From assembly GCA_965217895.1 (NCBI GenBank), contig CBDCJV010000002.1, forward strand, positions 128,001 to 192,000: a DNA stretch of 64,000 bases, read 5' to 3'. The stretch comes from Waterburya sp. GTDB lineage: Bacteria; Cyanobacteriota; Cyanobacteriia; Cyanobacteriales; Xenococcaceae. Shown here in pieces: positions 62,834-64,000 of the stretch. The notes beneath the pieces were generated by a model. It was given only the letters and a program-made list of their open reading frames with translations. It ran no database searches and had not been told where the DNA came from. The translations under genes were made by a program, and so were the position numbers. Position 1 is the stretch's first letter. Each line of letters starts with the position of its first letter.

Positions 62834-63289
62834 ATGTCTGCCAATGGATTAGCGGTATTTGACCGCACCACAGAAAAAACACATCAATTTATCAATGATG
62901 TCGCTCAACAAATTAATATAGAAGACAAACACCTTGTATTTATCGGTATTAAAGCAGTTTTACATGGTTTACGCGATCGCATTCCCCTTGAAGAAGCTGC
63001 TCAACTAGGCGCACAGTTTCCTGTACTATTAGCAGGTTTCTATTACCAGGGTTGGAAACCAGCAGCTACACCTACCAAAGAAAGATCTGTAGATGCTTTT
63101 GTAGATAAAGTCAGAGGTAATTTACCCCAGGGAGACTATCCCGTGGAAATAAAAGCTTTAATTCAAGGGGTTTTTGCCGTGCTGTCTGAGTGGGTAACTC
63201 AAGGAGAAATCCAAGACGTAGCTAATATGTTGCCTAAAGACGTGCAAGAATTTTGGCCACAAGCTATTGTTGCTCAATTGAATCAATAA
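62834..63289 (+). CDS. DUF2267 family protein
   Basis: FD.T..KT, AVLH.LRDR.P.EEA.QLGAQ.P and GEI.DV...LP motifs. Confidence 0.88.
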   Translation: MSANGLAVFDRTTEKTHQFINDVAQQINIEDKHLVFIGIKAVLHGLRDRIPLEEAAQLGAQFPVLLAGFYYQGWKPAATPTKERSVDAFVDKVRGNLPQGDYPVEIKALIQGVFAVLSEWVTQGEIQDVANMLPKDVQEFWPQAIVAQLNQ

Positions 63290-63602
63290 AAACAACAGAT
63301 ATGACTGTACGTAAATGCGTTTGAGAAAACGCCCGTACAAGAGTTGGAAGTTTATTTTAGCTGTGTTTAAATATTGTTGATGCGATCGCTTTTATAAATA
63401 CATTTAGCGATCGCTTTTTACAAGCGCAATAATTTGAGCATAATTTTGTTATGTTTAAAAATTATAGAATTAAACGTTTTATAAGTACTTAAACGATAAA
63501 TGTTGATTATGTTCTTAGTAAATCAGAAATTTCAGTTAATTAAGCAACTGATGCCGATATAGATAGGTAAGTACGTAACACTAGTTAAAACCTACGCACT
63601 CG

Positions 63603-63895
63603 CCCCCTAAATCCCCCAAGACGAGCGACCCCCCCTAAAGGGTTCAACAGTTTGACGGGCGGTATAAACGTCGCAGCAAAGCTACGACGACACGCCCTCC
63701 TTATGCCGGTGAAACCTTTCGACACTTTGCTCAACGGGTCTATGACCCGCAACGCAAGTGTCTCACCACCGCAACTGTCTCACCGCGTCGCCGTCAGAGG
63801 TCAGACCCCGCGTCGCCGTTAGGCGCAAGGGAATGCTGACCTAGCAAGGGAATGCGCGAGTGGGGGACTTTTAATTCTTGTTCCCCCAAGTTTGG
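63603..63895. repeat. CCCCCTAAATCCCCCAA...GGGGGACTTT repeat with a nested small-repeat array in its loop
   Basis: 63641-63790 is nearly identical to 57185-57356. Confidence 0.75.
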
Positions 63896-64000
63896 TAGGG
63901 CTGTTTCATTCTCAAAATAGAAGATGCGATCGCGAATAAATCTATTCACTACACCTATCAGTGACACAAAGAAAGTAATAATGGCAAATTATGGCTTAAA

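Overview
A 64 kb cyanobacterial chromosome segment. The assignment rests on psbU, ycf34, HCP/CTDH carotenoid proteins, COP23 and dense HIP1 GCGATCGC octamers. Housekeeping genes (nnr, deoC, recO, feoAB, tadA, cobW, sfsA, mutS, arfB, a tRNA nucleotidyltransferase, nadB, psbU) are interrupted by accessory material. (1) A Zorya-like defence operon (small unknown ORF, zorA, zorB, EH-signature zorC) has no adjacent zorD or zorE effector. (2) Of three type II toxin-antitoxin pairs, two sit between duplicated 3' ends of the upstream housekeeping gene, with a HIP1 site at or near the junction. (3) A repeat-flanked island between deoC and recO encodes an argininosuccinate-synthase-like enzyme split by a 16-bp duplication, a 2OG-Fe dioxygenase and an EamA exporter. 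(4) Two IS982-like elements carry several tiny hairpin insertions. (5) Several MITEs and nested 44-56 nt dispersed elements have stems that covary between copies. (6) A glutamine (glnA-motif) riboswitch precedes a DUF4278 gene. All calls come from reading motifs by eye; no database searches were run.
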